Of a DNA stretch of 64,000 nucleotides, positions 50,881-64,000 are shown piece by piece. The notes under the pieces are model-generated. The model ran no database searches, was not told the DNA's origin, and worked only from the letters and a program-made list of their open reading frames with translations. The stretch comes from Raillietiella orientalis (taxonomy: Eukaryota), in NCBI GenBank assembly GCA_036172245.1, contig JAYWIR010000065.1:248001-312000 (forward strand), written 5' to 3'. The number at the start of each line of letters is the position of its first letter. Position 1 is the stretch's first letter. A program made the translations under genes and the position numbers.

Positions 50881-53800
50881 TGATTATTCCTCCCACTTCG
50901 TTTCCCGACTTTTTTTTTTGCATCCGAACATCGGTTTCTGGTTGAGGTCTTGGGCAAACAAACCTAAAAGCCGTCCCCAGTTATCTCAAATGATTGCAAC
51001 CGAGTAAGAACCATACTGTGCTGAAGATGCTTTTTGTGTGCGTGCGTCTTAAAGAGCCATAAAAGTAGTATTTCTGGTTCAGAGGATCACTGGATCGTAT
51101 CCCACTTTTCGGAAGCGGAAGCAAAGAAAGAAGCAGGATTCATCTACTAAGGCAAATATTACAACGCTAGCGCCACATTTTATTTTATTTTTTGTAATCT
51201 TTTTAATTAAGCAAGAGCTCCACACTGGTGGTGAATTTCTTGCCATGATGCTTTGTCGTCGTGTTGGGCTAAATGGATTAAAGTCCACGCTTTCACAGAA
51301 AACGAACGAACTTCAAGGGAAAGAGAGGCCTTTAGCGCCAGTATGAAGTGATGAGCCATGAAAGCACCTGCGATGAAACTTGATGGCACCTCATTTCAAA
51401 TCTTTGCGAGCAGTTCCTATTCTGACTGATTCTTTAATAATTTACATCCTCGTCTGATTTGAAATGACCATACGGCTGCATGCTGTTCACTATACGCTTT
51501 ATGACAGTTCGTATTAATCACGAAGAAAATAGGGTTCTCCTTTAAGCAAAATCCAAGTAAAATTCCGCTTTTTTTCTTTTTTTCTGCCGAGAGAATTCCA
51601 TGGATCCCACTTAGTCCTCAACTCGTTTGCAAAATAATGGAAATTCGTTACTCATAGTAAGCAGTTTTTCATCCAATGATACACGAATCGTCTTTATTCA
51701 GTGTACTCTGTTTATTTAGTTAACAGACACCAATTTGATTAGCAGCCAAATTTTAGCCCTCCTGCGTGATTAGAAACCTGCCAAGCCGAAAATCTGAGTG
51801 GACTAATGTCCCTCTGACGAGTCTTCATGAAAACCTTCAACTTTGATGCATTAGTGGATCTTGGTACAGGGATATTTACATTCCTTAAGTGCTCTACAAA
51901 AGCTACTTGATGGATATGTATGTGAAAAAAGAACTTTCTACATCAAACTCTGCAGAGGGATCTGGGCTTTTTTTCCTTCAAAAAAAGGAACAAAGAGAAA
52001 GGAAAGCACCAGGCCCGAAGTTCATCATCTCCGAGACGTGAACTTTCACCTGTGCACATTCAAATTTTGGTAAAGTTCAGACCAAGATCACAACGTCTGA
52101 ATTTCATTGGAATCTCATTAGACCGAGTTTTTGCTACGGGAAAACGCAAGAAAGTGATTTTTCTCTGATTTCACACATTATGAGCATTGGTGATTAGAAT
52201 AATTTCTGCCCTGTAATTACCTGGCACGTCCTCACGCACGTTCTAAACGTTTCGGAAAGTACCCTGGGAACACGGCATTTGTTAAGTACGTTGCAATTTC
52301 TGCTTTTGCACATTCTGGAAAAGAGGGAGCAGAGTCCGACGGCATCAATTCCGTGTTTTACATGCATTCTTCAAGAGATCACTATCCATATCTTTTTTTT
52401 TTTTTGGGGGGGGGGGGGAAGGGGGGATTCTGGATAAAATGTCTGCATTAGCTCGTTTCGAAGAAAAACCGAACAAGCGAAAATCTGGTGCTTTTAACAA
52501 GTGTGGTATATCCTTTTTGGAAATAGTGCTCAGCTGCGAGGAAGCTGCAGAGACATCACATCATTGGAGATATAAGTTAAACGAAACGGCTATCGAGACT
52601 CTTAAAAATGTAAGCACCGTGGAAAGGGATTCCAACTTTCCTGAGGTATTAATACTATAAATGGAATGGGGAATTTTTTTTTCCCTCCTGTATCCTGCAT
52701 TGCGCATGCCTAACGCCGATAAATCTTCAAAGTCTATTGCTCTGAATCAGAAAACATCCATTCTGTGAATCAAAGGAAGCGTAAGCATCCGTGTATTTCG
52801 GAACCTATGTTGTGAAACCGAACGCTTGAAGTGATGATTTTCAACCCACCGGATTCCAGCAACGCAGCATCTTGAAACACCTGGAAGATCAGCGATGCAT
52901 CCTTGACAAACTGGACAAAACATGTCATTTTCCAAATGGAATGAGACTTCGAAGTATGCTGCTGATGCTGGGAACAATCGTACAACTTGCACTGTGTGTA
53001 CGGCTCACGGATTCTCACCAAAGTAAGAAGGAAGAAATTCATGTTTTCCGCTTGCCGTGTTGACGGAATCTGTGTAAGAAATTGATCCCTGTTTTGTGCG
53101 TGGTGATGCGTTGACCCCCCCCTCCCCGATCTTTCAAGTAATCCTGCACTGGTGAATTGAAATCAAATTTCAATTTATCAATGCCTTTGGCAGTTTCTGC
53201 TTTTGAGCGGGTTTGACCGGGTTGACGGGATAAGTGAGCAAAAGAGAACTCCAGGTTCCCTCCGATCCGTTCACTTCCGGGTTTTGTGCAGAGTTCAGGC
53301 AAGCATCCCCCTCTCCCCCCCTGCGTATCTGCTTCGTTTTTCCAAGAAAAGCTGTGCACGTGGCATCGTCAGCCGACTGCGTGAATCCCAATCGAGCACA
53401 GTGAGTATTTCACTTACTAGTTAGAGTGATTCCTAGAGGCTTCATGACTGATAAAGAGCAGAATGCAATACCCACCATTCCAAGAGCACCTTGAAACCAC
53501 TTGGGATTTGCCCGTTGCTTTCCGAGAAACCTCGTGACACGAATCAATCCATGTGAGAATCTGACCAGATGAGAGATGTGTTTACGGCAAGCCGTAAAGA
53601 GCGCGTAATAAAACTGCTATTTAAGGAAAATAGAAAGCCACGAGAATCTACTTCCGCGATCCACGTAGCTTTAAAGCAGACACAAGCGTATTGGATGCGT
53701 GATAGGAAAAAACAAAGTCGTCTGTATCCCATTCGGAGATCTCATCCGAAAAGTCTCTCGCAATCGTTCTTCGGAGGAAGCCATTATAAGTGGCGTCCAG

Positions 53801-56800
53801 TTTTTGACTCAGCACTCTCGTTTTCAATAAATTACTCCAAGTCTTGCGTGATGCTTCGTCTTGACGCACGTTCCGGTCACTAAACCTCGTCGTAATCCAT
53901 TCGGATTGACACGGCCTCAGAGGAAATGTTTCATAATTTAATTATTTTTATGAGTTTTCCGAATCGAATGCGTCCTGGGAGTCTCCCCGGAACGGTCCCA
54001 TCCAATAACGTTTCCAAAGGGTCGAACCAGGATTTCGGAACCACTCCGGAAACCTTGAATTCTGAAAACGAAGCTTACTCGCCAAGATCGCTGCTCCCTG
54101 ATTTTCCCTTGGTCAGTTGCTCCGCAACGCTCCATCCTGGAAAATGGACCAGCCCTCGGAAAGGCAAACTCTTTGTAAACCGCTTTGCCTGCTTCTCAAA
54201 ATTGGACCGTCAACTCGTGCGAGCACTCTGCGTTTATCAGTGAGCTGTAAGTCAGCATTCGTTGTTGTGATGACATTGCGACATAGCTAATGCACGAAAT
54301 CAGTAGGAAGCAGGGAGAAAGCACTTATTTTGATTTCACAGGGCTTTCATCAAGGCGCAACACTCCTCCTTAACAAATGCGAGAATCGTGTATTCCGGCT
54401 ATTCCCTCCTTGCTATCCCAACACGGCAATCCCTATGCATCAAGCGGATCGAACAGCAAACTCGAGACGAAACAAAAGCCATCTTTGAAAGTACCACAGC
54501 GGAAGAAGCGCCGCATTTACGGGAATAGGTTTTTTTTCCTTCACTGACACAACACGCAAAAAAAATGGCGAGAAGGAGGCGGCACTTGTGAAACAGGCTC
54601 GGAAACACAGCGATTTCACGGAGGATGTGTTTGGTGAAGCATTGGACCATGTCTGACTGGGATGACCCGTCTGATTTCATATCTTTGGTCACGGGTTTTC
54701 GTCGGAGTGGGGAAAATGGTGATTTGTCGCGCGTTCGTTATCCCGGGATAGAGATGTCATCGCTCCTGTGTCAACACACTCTGTTCGTTCATGGTAGAAC
54801 GCGGACATCCCGTCCACGGACAAGTCGCTGCAATACCAAAGTGACTTTCCACTGCTCCTCGTGGATCCCAGATTTCAGAACAGTGGAAAAGAGCCGTTAT
54901 CGCCACGAATGCAGCTGAATATAATAATGATGAAAAATCTCCCTGCTACAAATTAAAGTTTATACGTAATTAAGCTCCTCTTGACCAAATCAAAATCAGA
55001 CATGGAGAGAGAAAACAAAGATCCTGCTGCTTCTCCCTCTTCTGTTTGGCGAAAGGAGTTACATTTACATAGTCATAACCCAATTTCAGAATTATCTGAA
55101 TGCCATGCCACTTAGAAAGATCTGAGGAAAAGAGCGCCAAGTGGACGAATGGCATTTTCACTTGAAAAACCCGTATGTGGTGACTCGGAGTGGCTAGAGC
55201 AACCACTGGTATTCCGTTCCTAATGACCAACAGGAAGGAGCGACCATTAATCTCTTCTGAATTTACGATATTTTCTGCTAAGGACAGTCTCGCTCTTGGC
55301 GCAAGAACTGCTTTCGAGTCCAGCAATTCCTCGGTTTAAAGGATACAGAAATCCTGATCTTGTTTTTTTATCATAAAAAATCCACGTTTTCACAAACTGC
55401 GCGGAGCCGTAGTTTCTGGAACATTCATCTCCTCGCCATTTTGCTTGAGGAAGCATTTGTTCACCCTACCGTTCATAGATTGCTTCCTGATTCATCGCAA
55501 ACATCTCCGTGCGGGCGTCCCGAAGGAAAACCCTAGAACTCCTGCAACTTTTCACTTAACGGAACCCAGCTGTCATCGTCGGATTACAGGGGAGTTAGGT
55601 ACACCGTGGTTTCTCCGACACGTAGGACAAGCTACATCACGTGAGAGTGTGATGGAGACTGCAAGCTGGAAGAATAAGGTTCACCCTTCTTCGAGAGCTG
55701 CTTCGAATCACAGCGAATATCGAAACCAGGAATGTTTCGAGGATCCCGAACGAAAGGGTCGCCAACGTTCTTTTGGAATGACTCTTGACTTGTTTTCCGT
55801 CAGTCATCTGATGACATCGCCTAAGCTGTCACCCTACTGAGGCCTTGGCGTGACATTCTTGAAATTCGGTTAATGTTTAGTGCTTCTTTGCAATGAGCAG
55901 CAGAGTTCCTTCCCTGCTTGGTCGGGATTCAGGGTCACCGTTGTTTGCGTTTCGGGAATTTTTTTTGAACAAGGTATCTTCTGCTTGGATGACCTGCTCA
56001 AATGTGCTCTTTACATGCTCAGTAGTAGTGTGACCATTCCCTGCCATCTACAGTCACTTTCAAGAGGATTTCTTCAGTTAAACTTATGCAGCCCGTGGAA
56101 GCTCCTGAAATTAGCCGCGGACCACTTCCGCGAGGAAAGATTTGCCTTTAGCATCCTGCTTCCAAGTGGGACAGCTTCCTGGAAAAGCTAGCGTTTCTAG
56201 GAAGCTACGTCTTTCCCTCAAGAAGGAGACGGAGAGTAAATTTACCGGCATATTAGAGTTGCTGTCTTCTGCCTTCCTGCATGTCTCGTTTTGAGTCAAG
56301 AAAGGTCGATCTTCTCTGAGAGGAGCGGACAATGCTGTGTGAGCATAAGTTGTCTCCTTATGTCGGTCAAGTAGGTTTCAGCAAACCATGAAAGGAGGAA
56401 CCTTATGTTGCCAAAGTTTGGGTCGTGCGGTCATGGTCCGAACAAGTTCATCTTATTCCAACTGGGTCTTTCCATCCCTGAGGGTGGGGAAAGTAGCCTC
56501 GTTCCTTCCGAAGTTCCTCCCCTGCGGAGCAGTCTCCTGCCACATGGATGCTGCTGATCTCTGCAAATCATTCACGAAGCTGAAGAAATTTTCTCTAGCT
56601 GCGAGACGCTTCCAAGAACGCGATCTTTCCTGATCTCGTTAACTTTGCGCTTATGATTAAGTGCCGCTGCTTCTCGTGGCTTCTTCCTGTGGCACACGAA
56701 AATTGGGAAGTCTGCATCTCCGCGCAGCTTCCTTCAACTTGCTTTCTCCCATCTGCATCTTCGAGGGGCAGCTACGCATTTTCCACCCTTTTCTTTCGTG

Positions 56801-56989
56801 CCAATGGCAAAATCAATAATTCATCGTTCTGCCTACGGATTTGTTTTCATTCCGTCGAATTTGTCGAGCCACACTTCCACTCTTTGCTTAGCGCAGGCAG
56901 CCGAAAACGCCCGCATTTTCCTTTTCTTGGTCCAGGATTCATCATCTTCCATTTCCAATAAATCCTTAAATAAAGGATTCAAAAACTTC

Positions 56990-57035
56990 AAAAACGGACG
57001 ACGATTCTAAGGAATTAGAATCGTCGTCCGTTTTT
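56990..57035. repeat. Perfect 21-bp hairpin with GGAA loop
   Basis: aaaaacggacgacgattctaa-ggaa-ttagaatcgtcgtccgttttt. Confidence 0.95.
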
Positions 57036-60000
57036 CTACTGGGTATAAACCGAGGAATCACAAGTGTTTGTCTTTTGAACGAGTAGCAAACACTTCTGCT
57101 CTTTAAACATGCCAACCTGCTTCTCTTTACATTTTGCCCACCCTTTTACTTAATTTTTCCCCTTTTTCGTCTTTTTGGAGCGAGGAGGAGGGAAAAAATC
57201 TTGCTGATCATTACTGTAGAATAAGGGTACGCTACACCGAAAATACCTGAGGATCTAACCCCTGGTCTTTGACATTTGCGACCGCCGAGCACAGGCAAGT
57301 TTAAACCTTTCGGCAGTGGCTGGAGGAAGTTCGTAATGTTCTTTCCATCCTCTGGTTTAGCCACATGAAAAACACAAATGCTTCATGTTCGAAAATTCTG
57401 GAAGCAATAGCAAACCGCTGGAGCAGTAGCGATTTTTGCCCAACTCTGCAATATTCACGAAATCAGCCATTTTGCCATTAGGGTAGCGGTTTTCCAGTCA
57501 TTCTCCTTTGAATCTTGTCTGGACCAAAGAATTTTCGTGTCTTAAAGAGCACATTTGTTTCAAAGAATTCATGGCACCGTTATATTGGCGATGGAATATT
57601 CAAGAAACCCTTGGAAGAACACACCATTAGAAGAAGGATATCCAAGCGAATCTATTTGATTGAAGGGATGGAGCACATTCATGCAGACACACAGGATGTG
57701 GATGGATGTGTCAAAAAATCACCTCTGATATCTTCACAGCACACCTTCGTTTTCTGAGAAATGCTTTCTACGACGTTCAACTCGTGAGGTCATCTGGCAC
57801 GGAATGCACGTCACTCTCCCTATCCAACTGATCCATGAAGAAATCTGGCTCCAGGTTGCACGGCATTCGTGAGTATCTCACCAACGTATCTGAATGCCAA
57901 CAAAATGATGCGTGACAAAAATCTGCAATTCCGAAACTGTCTCCGATTTACTGATTTCTCTGAGGATGGGATCCCAGGCTTTCCATTTATTGAAGACCGC
58001 AGATCATTTCCGTCTTATTTTACTCGCGACCTCTCTCCTTTTTCAAGCGAAACTTTCGGGAGTTGGGGGAGCCGCTTTTGCCCTAATTGGACAAAAAATG
58101 CTCCGGTGGATGCAGAATTTCTCTGAATTGTTTATCCGTTTCGTTTGAAACGTCTCGGATAAATCCGGGATGTCAAACGGCTGATGACACTGGGAAAACG
58201 TCAGGCAGAATTTGCAGCGCTGTGCCCACGCCACCAGCAGATATCGCAAACATTCCTCTCCATTTTCCGACTACTCGTTCTGATTCTTATTCATGAAATC
58301 CAGGTGCTTCTTTTATAATTCATACACTTTTACTGGATTTCTCGGATTCTCAACTTCCATCTTCTTCTGCCCCCTCCCCCCCCAAATTGGGAAAGAAAAC
58401 ACCGGAAAAGAAAGTTTCTTTTCTAATGTTTCGTTAATAAGTCTTCTCTTTCCGAGCTGCCCATCAGCATGCAAAAGTAGTTGGGAAACGGGGAAGCGAA
58501 GCAGCTTAGGGAAACCGAAGATGCTGAAGACGAGGAGCGTTAGGTGATCTAATCCAACGCAAAATTATAAATTCGTTAAGCGACTCGGGAAGTTTGGCAT
58601 TCTTTTGCTCGTTCCTGTTTGCACAGCGCGGAAGAAGTCAAGATAAAGCTACAGGAAAAAAATTGGCGCGTGAAACCTGTAAGGTATAGTTTAGAGTGAG
58701 GGAAAATTCCCTACGGATTGGTTCCGAATTACTTTTGCTACTCCCAATGTTGAAAATCCTCAAATATTAGCCATAGTAGAAGCCATCGGAGTCCATCAGT
58801 CCTTCCATGGAGCATTTTTGAGGGAACAAACTGCTAATACGAGAGTTTCGGTGTCACTCTAAATAGGGTATTTATTATATCACATACAGTGTTTATAGCA
58901 TCCACGCAGGTTGTCTGATTGCTTTCACGTTACTCCATGGTTACGAGTTATGGTGAAGCGAAACTTAAAACGGTAAACGCCCTACTTTTGCCACACCCGA
59001 AGCACGACTGATGTGAGGGATGTCACTGCCTACATCTATCGCATCAATCTTAAATTCGAACTTCTATGCCTACTTCCATAACCTGAGTTCAATTACTAAA
59101 TGGACATTAATAGATATTCTATTTTCCTTCCTACTTTCAATTTTTTCTAGTGGAAGTACCGATTGGCTGTAGTGCTGTACGGAGTTTCTATATGCTTCTA
59201 TTAATATTGCCTTTGCGTACACAAACGCACTGGAAATGAAAACAGGCGTTTCCGTTACACGACAAAAACATAGAGTAAACTCAAACTTTAGAAGCTTACA
59301 TTACATTAAAATGACTGCTGTAATTCAAATAGCACACACAACTGCCTTGTGCAACCGCAACCAAACTGCTGAAGACCCCAGATTCTATTCAGCATCCAAA
59401 GTTCTTCGTTCATTGGGGACCAAATGCTGAATTTCGCAATTATTTACGCTTTTTCCGTGAGAAAACTGCGTGTTAAATAAGCGGTGGGGTAGTGGTGAGT
59501 GGTGGTTCAGGCAAGCCACGAAAGCACAAATTCCCAATCGCAGGTCCACCGTACAGTGAAAATTATTGTACGCCACTGCGGGAACGAGATTCCAAGTTCG
59601 CTTATTGCTCGACGGAATGCTCGTGATGACTGCTCATTCAATACACACTCGAAAGAGATGAGCACGTGGTGATTTGTCTTCAGCCACGAAGGATTCTTCA
59701 CATTTGTTGCACACGTGAGAAATATAAATGACCACGAAAGCTGCGAAGAATGAAATTCATCATGGGAGCTTTGAATGTGACAGCCAATAGGCCGAAGTGA
59801 GTTTCGTGAGTCTCAGGATAGAATTCCTTGAAATTTTTCAGCATTTTGGGATTTCATTTTGAGGTTGGGATGCTCCATCGCAAGAACGAGTCGTGGAGGA
59901 AACTAAAGGAAACAGGTAGAAAGGGCTTTCATAATGGAACAAACGAGAAATCCTGGAGCGAGTCATCTGTGGTGGAGGCATCGTCAGTGTGATGGGCAGA

Positions 60001-61679
60001 GAATGCTATATCAGAGTACCATGCGTTGATCTTCGCTGCAATAAAAGAAAAACTTTCTCTGTAATGATAAAGTAAACTCTTTCTGGCGTTGCCTTCCAAG
60101 AGACTTGGCGTTCCTAAAACGAAAGAACAGCCAACGGTCAAACAACAACATGGATGAGAAGAACACGTGAAAAACGCGATTGCTAAGAGCTCATTTCTGC
60201 TGTGGCCTCCTTACCATCTTAATCGTCGCATCAACTCGTGGTTGGCAAGGTGGATCCATCAGCTACCAACGGAATGAAGATACCATGGAAATTTATATAT
60301 GAGGCAGGAGTCAAATGGGAACATTCAGTTCCTTTTGATATTTTGTCATCTCGGCAGGATGCTAATTTTAGGGTTGCCAGTTGTTGTTGCATCGATTGCC
60401 ATCCAGCTTTAAAAATGAGATTCAAATAACTAGAATGAGACTCAGCCTCAGACTGGATTATCCGAGATTATCCCATGAACTTAACCGTAACATAGCAGGC
60501 AAAGATAGAGTGATCCGAATATCAAATGCAGAATTCAGGATGTCGGGTTCCGGCTCAGAAATTTCCAGAAAAAGAAAATAGAAGCAATAAAATGGACTGT
60601 ATTGTGTTCAGAGAAAGAAAACAAGCAATTCCAGTGCTTTCATCCTCTTCTGAGAAAATGAAAGCACATCCGAGGTAGCTTGAAATGTCACCTTATTCGT
60701 ATCACCATTCCGTATTCTGTGAAACGAAGTGTTCCTCCACACGCAAGAACACATTCTCACAGAGGTGCAAGAGAGGACAAGTCAAATGTAGAGGGGTCCC
60801 AACCAGAGACCGCGAAAAGAAGCCAAAATATTGCGGCAGAGGCTGATCTGTTAACGAACATTCGGTGATCACTGTCTTCTCTTTGTGAGTGAGTGATTGC
60901 TGGAAATAGATGGAGAGACGGACCATCATAGAAGAGAAAGCCTTAGTCTCTTCCCAAAAGAAATAAAACGAGTGCCCGTCACCCGCCAAATTTCTGTTTG
61001 GTCCAGTGGAAATCTAGATGCGAGAACAAAGCAGTTCTTCCCTTGCCGTCACAGGAATGGGGGAGAAACACGAAGAGATCAGGCTATGAAAAGAAATGGT
61101 CTGAAGGCCGAATGCCAATGGAAGTTTTTAGGCATTCTGTAGATTCGATTTGGCTATTCGAAAATCATCACGGGGCATTTTTGGAAGCATTAGAGGTTAC
61201 CTCAGAATCGGTCAGCTTTGGAGAAGAACATGTGGAATGACGGAAGAATCAAAGTGACCAAATGTCTGCTGTGAATCATTAACACATTGCTCATAGGCAT
61301 GTTCATATGATAAGGACTTCTACTCTGCTGTCGTCTCACGTTTGTTAACAGCTTTGAAGGGTAATTTCATAACCTGCAGGTCAGTAACATCCTTGTCTCT
61401 GGAAGTAGGCAGTGCTCAAAGGAGAGAATAATGAGGGCAGACCAGCCCTTGAACATTCATGATGACCAACAATAAGGGAATTCGGGATCTCTGATTATTT
61501 ATTGTCTTTTGTGGCAGTTTGCTTACATCAGGCATTTGGTTTCCATGGAGACACGTGCACTGAAATCTGTGGGAATTTTTTTTTTAAAAAAAAAAGGAAA
61601 CCCCGTTTTTTTTTTTTTTTCCAAAGAAAAACGCTTAAAGACAACGAAAGGGTTACTATGGGTTACTAGATAGGGGGAA

Positions 61680-62460
61680 GGATGAGGTGCAGAGTCACTA
61701 CAATATTCCAGAATACGATGGAGAACGTGGTGCTTCTTGAGAAATGGTATTACCGAGGATGTTTGAAAATGGTACCACTGACTGCACTCTCAAGTCCATA
61801 AGAGTTGGAACATTTCGGAGAAATGTTTTTCGAGATGGATACTATGAGTTGCGAAAGACGACGGCGCATCGAAGAAGGAAACGATGACCATTCTGCACTG
61901 GTTCCAGTTTCCAGAAACCATTCAACAGGGGAAACAAGCACAGCCTCTGAAGGAAAAGTGCAGATCCGAACAGGGAAGATGCAAAAGGAAGTCCAGCCGT
62001 CTACTTGAACATGATGCACCAGAAGATGGAGGGAAGAATTTGCCTTTTTCGAGTGACTCATAGTGGGCTGTGCAAGGAACCTCTGGTTCGTGGGGGACAA
62101 AGGTGAAGCAGCGTATGGCATCTGACAAATGTCTTGATTTTAAGGGAGAATTACGAATAGTGATGGCTCCATGAAAGAACAGAACTGAGTTCGACCGTGG
62201 CACGGGGCAATCGATAAAAAACAAAATCATTACCATTTTGATGATCATTACATGGAATCCACGGTTTATTGTTCCGAAAGGATTGCATATCTGCGCTCGC
62301 ACCCAAGAAGAGGCTAAACTCTGTAGCGATACTCGATGAACTTCCATTAGCGATATTGATGGCATCTAGGAAGATGTCTTCCTTTGAGCTGAAACTGAAC
62401 AGACTGCTAATTGGGAGAGCACTTGGCAAGTCGTGGAGAGTTACTGCTGCAGACCGGTGA
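61680..62460 (+). pseudogene. Unassigned decayed coding remnant; weak orthomyxovirus PA-like resemblance
   Basis: Purine-rich, stop-poor plus frames. 'RNLWFVG.KG/KQRMASDK' and 'LLFRKDCIS' loosely follow PA NLYGFIIKGRSHLRNDTD and LYVRTNGTS. Confidence 0.2.
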
Positions 62461-64000
62461 AAGTGAGCTATCGGATCCTCTGCGACCACTGAAGACGGTT
62501 GCTAAACTGAAAAGGAGGAAGAATTGATTCTTTCGGTTGCAATTTTCCATCTCGAATCCTCCCAGAGGGACTCGATCCCTTGAGTAAATTTGCTAACAAA
62601 CAACAGGAAAAAAAAAAAAAAAAACGACAACAACTGTTCAGTGAATTCATTTCGATCACGTTGAAAAAGTTGCTGCTGCGTCACAGCAAACCACGCGCAC
62701 GAGCTTTCCCCGTCTCGGTGACGATGAAGTCAGCCCATTCCCAGCAATTCAATCTGACGCAGTCTGCAGCTTGCAACTGAATGGTTTCTGAATATTCAGA
62801 AATATGCTCTTGATTGGATTTGCGTATGCCATCGTCTATCTCCATAACTGCAGAAGCTGAAATCCTTTTAACAACTGAAGTTTTGGAGTGACTGTTGGGA
62901 ATGCATTTTTTTTCCAAGTCCAAAGGAATGCCTTCAACGTCCACTGTCCACACTTGCTGAAGAGCTCACATTTTCGGAGAATTCCGATTGTCCGATGTCT
63001 GCTGCCTGTTCCGTTCTTCTCGAAAAGTGACAGTTGCTTTCTTTCGTTCTTTTTAACGATGTCGAGGAAGTAATACAGCCTGAACCAAAACAAACGAAAC
63101 TTCCAGTTTGGAATTGCTTACTACACGGATTTATAGAAGTTTTCGCTGAGAAGAAAGAAAATATTGGTTACGCCAATCCTATGCAATGACAGAACCATGG
63201 ACTCGATGAAATCGGAAATAGTCATTAATCGCAACTATAAAGTACACTGATATCCGTTATTGTGGTATCAACTGATTGCATGCAATTCACATCCATCCTA
63301 AGAGAAGAGGTTCCATTATAATGAACATTTTACTCGTTTGAGATTCTTTCGTCAGGTTCGAAATATTCGTGGAATGGAAGTAATTCGTCTTCTGAATTGA
63401 GTACTGTCATGAAGAGACAGTCACGAAGACGTCACCAGAGTTATTTCCCACCCCCCACACATCCACCCACTGTGCTTCTTTCTGCCTCCATTCCTTAACT
63501 CGCCCATCAGAAAATAGTGACCATAGCCGGCTCTGGGTGTTCGAATGATGCATTTCAGATGGGATCGATTCCTCCTCCCAGGAGGTTCTTTTACTTTTGC
63601 TATCCTCTGGGAAGGAAATTTTGAACGCCTTCAGCGGAAAGGCTGTCGAGAAGAATCCTATCTGGAAACAAGACCTCAGATAATCAGATTTTAAAAGGCA
63701 TGTACTTTCGCTTCGCGTGGTCGTGGAAAACGAATTGATAGAAACCGAATATGCAAGACCTAGGGGTGGGTCAGGTTGCAATTGGGAAGAACGTCATGGA
63801 TGCAGAGAAAATCTGATCTCGAAGACGCGTGTCGTGTAGCAATATGCTTTCAGAACCACAAAGCACATTCTCTAGAATTGCTTTGTAGAAGACAAACATC
63901 CTTGCTATAGTGTGACTACCAAAGATGGATGGAGGGGCCGTGTTCGGTCAAATGCTTTCATCACGAGCACTACTCACTCGAGCCGATCCACATCTCTTCG

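Noticed and set aside
58165..58205. Hammerhead-like ctgatga...gaaa (also ~24108, ~51815)
   Set aside because: Stems I-III cannot be paired correctly around the core.
51000..64000. Host protein-coding exons or DNA-transposase remnants (e.g. 'SKGFLNIPS' near 57600)
   Set aside because: Only short ORFs with no recognisable domain or consistent splice pattern; insufficient support.
1..64000. Prokaryotic operons, CRISPR arrays, rRNA
   Set aside because: No long intact ORFs, regularly spaced repeats or rRNA-like sequence; homopolymer tracts and LINEs indicate eukaryotic DNA.

Overview
Eukaryotic (probably invertebrate) repeat-rich DNA with no intact gene that I can support; almost all ORF-track entries are spurious or fragments. 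From ~1 to ~51 kb the window is a dense mosaic of two kinds of decayed, frameshifted and internally deleted fragments. (i) Non-LTR retrotransposons: Tx1/L1-clade, APE-type and NeSL/Utopia/R2-like REL elements. (ii) Endogenous viral elements (EVEs) from negative-strand RNA viruses, identified by manual minus-strand translation across frameshifts: a ~5.4 kb bunyavirus-type L gene (motifs F, A, B), a second bunya-like L piece, several Mononegavirales-type L pieces (RdRp core, repeated CR-IV/capping regions, MTase start), a chuvirus-like L piece and a probable orthomyxovirus PB2. Most orientable fragments lie on the minus strand. A 542-bp piece of the bunyavirus L is duplicated near-perfectly in inverted orientation 3 kb away. 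Overall the locus looks like a uni-strand piRNA-cluster-like archive of viruses and transposons with a potential antiviral hairpin (inference). 51-64 kb is mostly unassignable. All family calls come from motif recognition by eye, not database searches, and boundaries are approximate.
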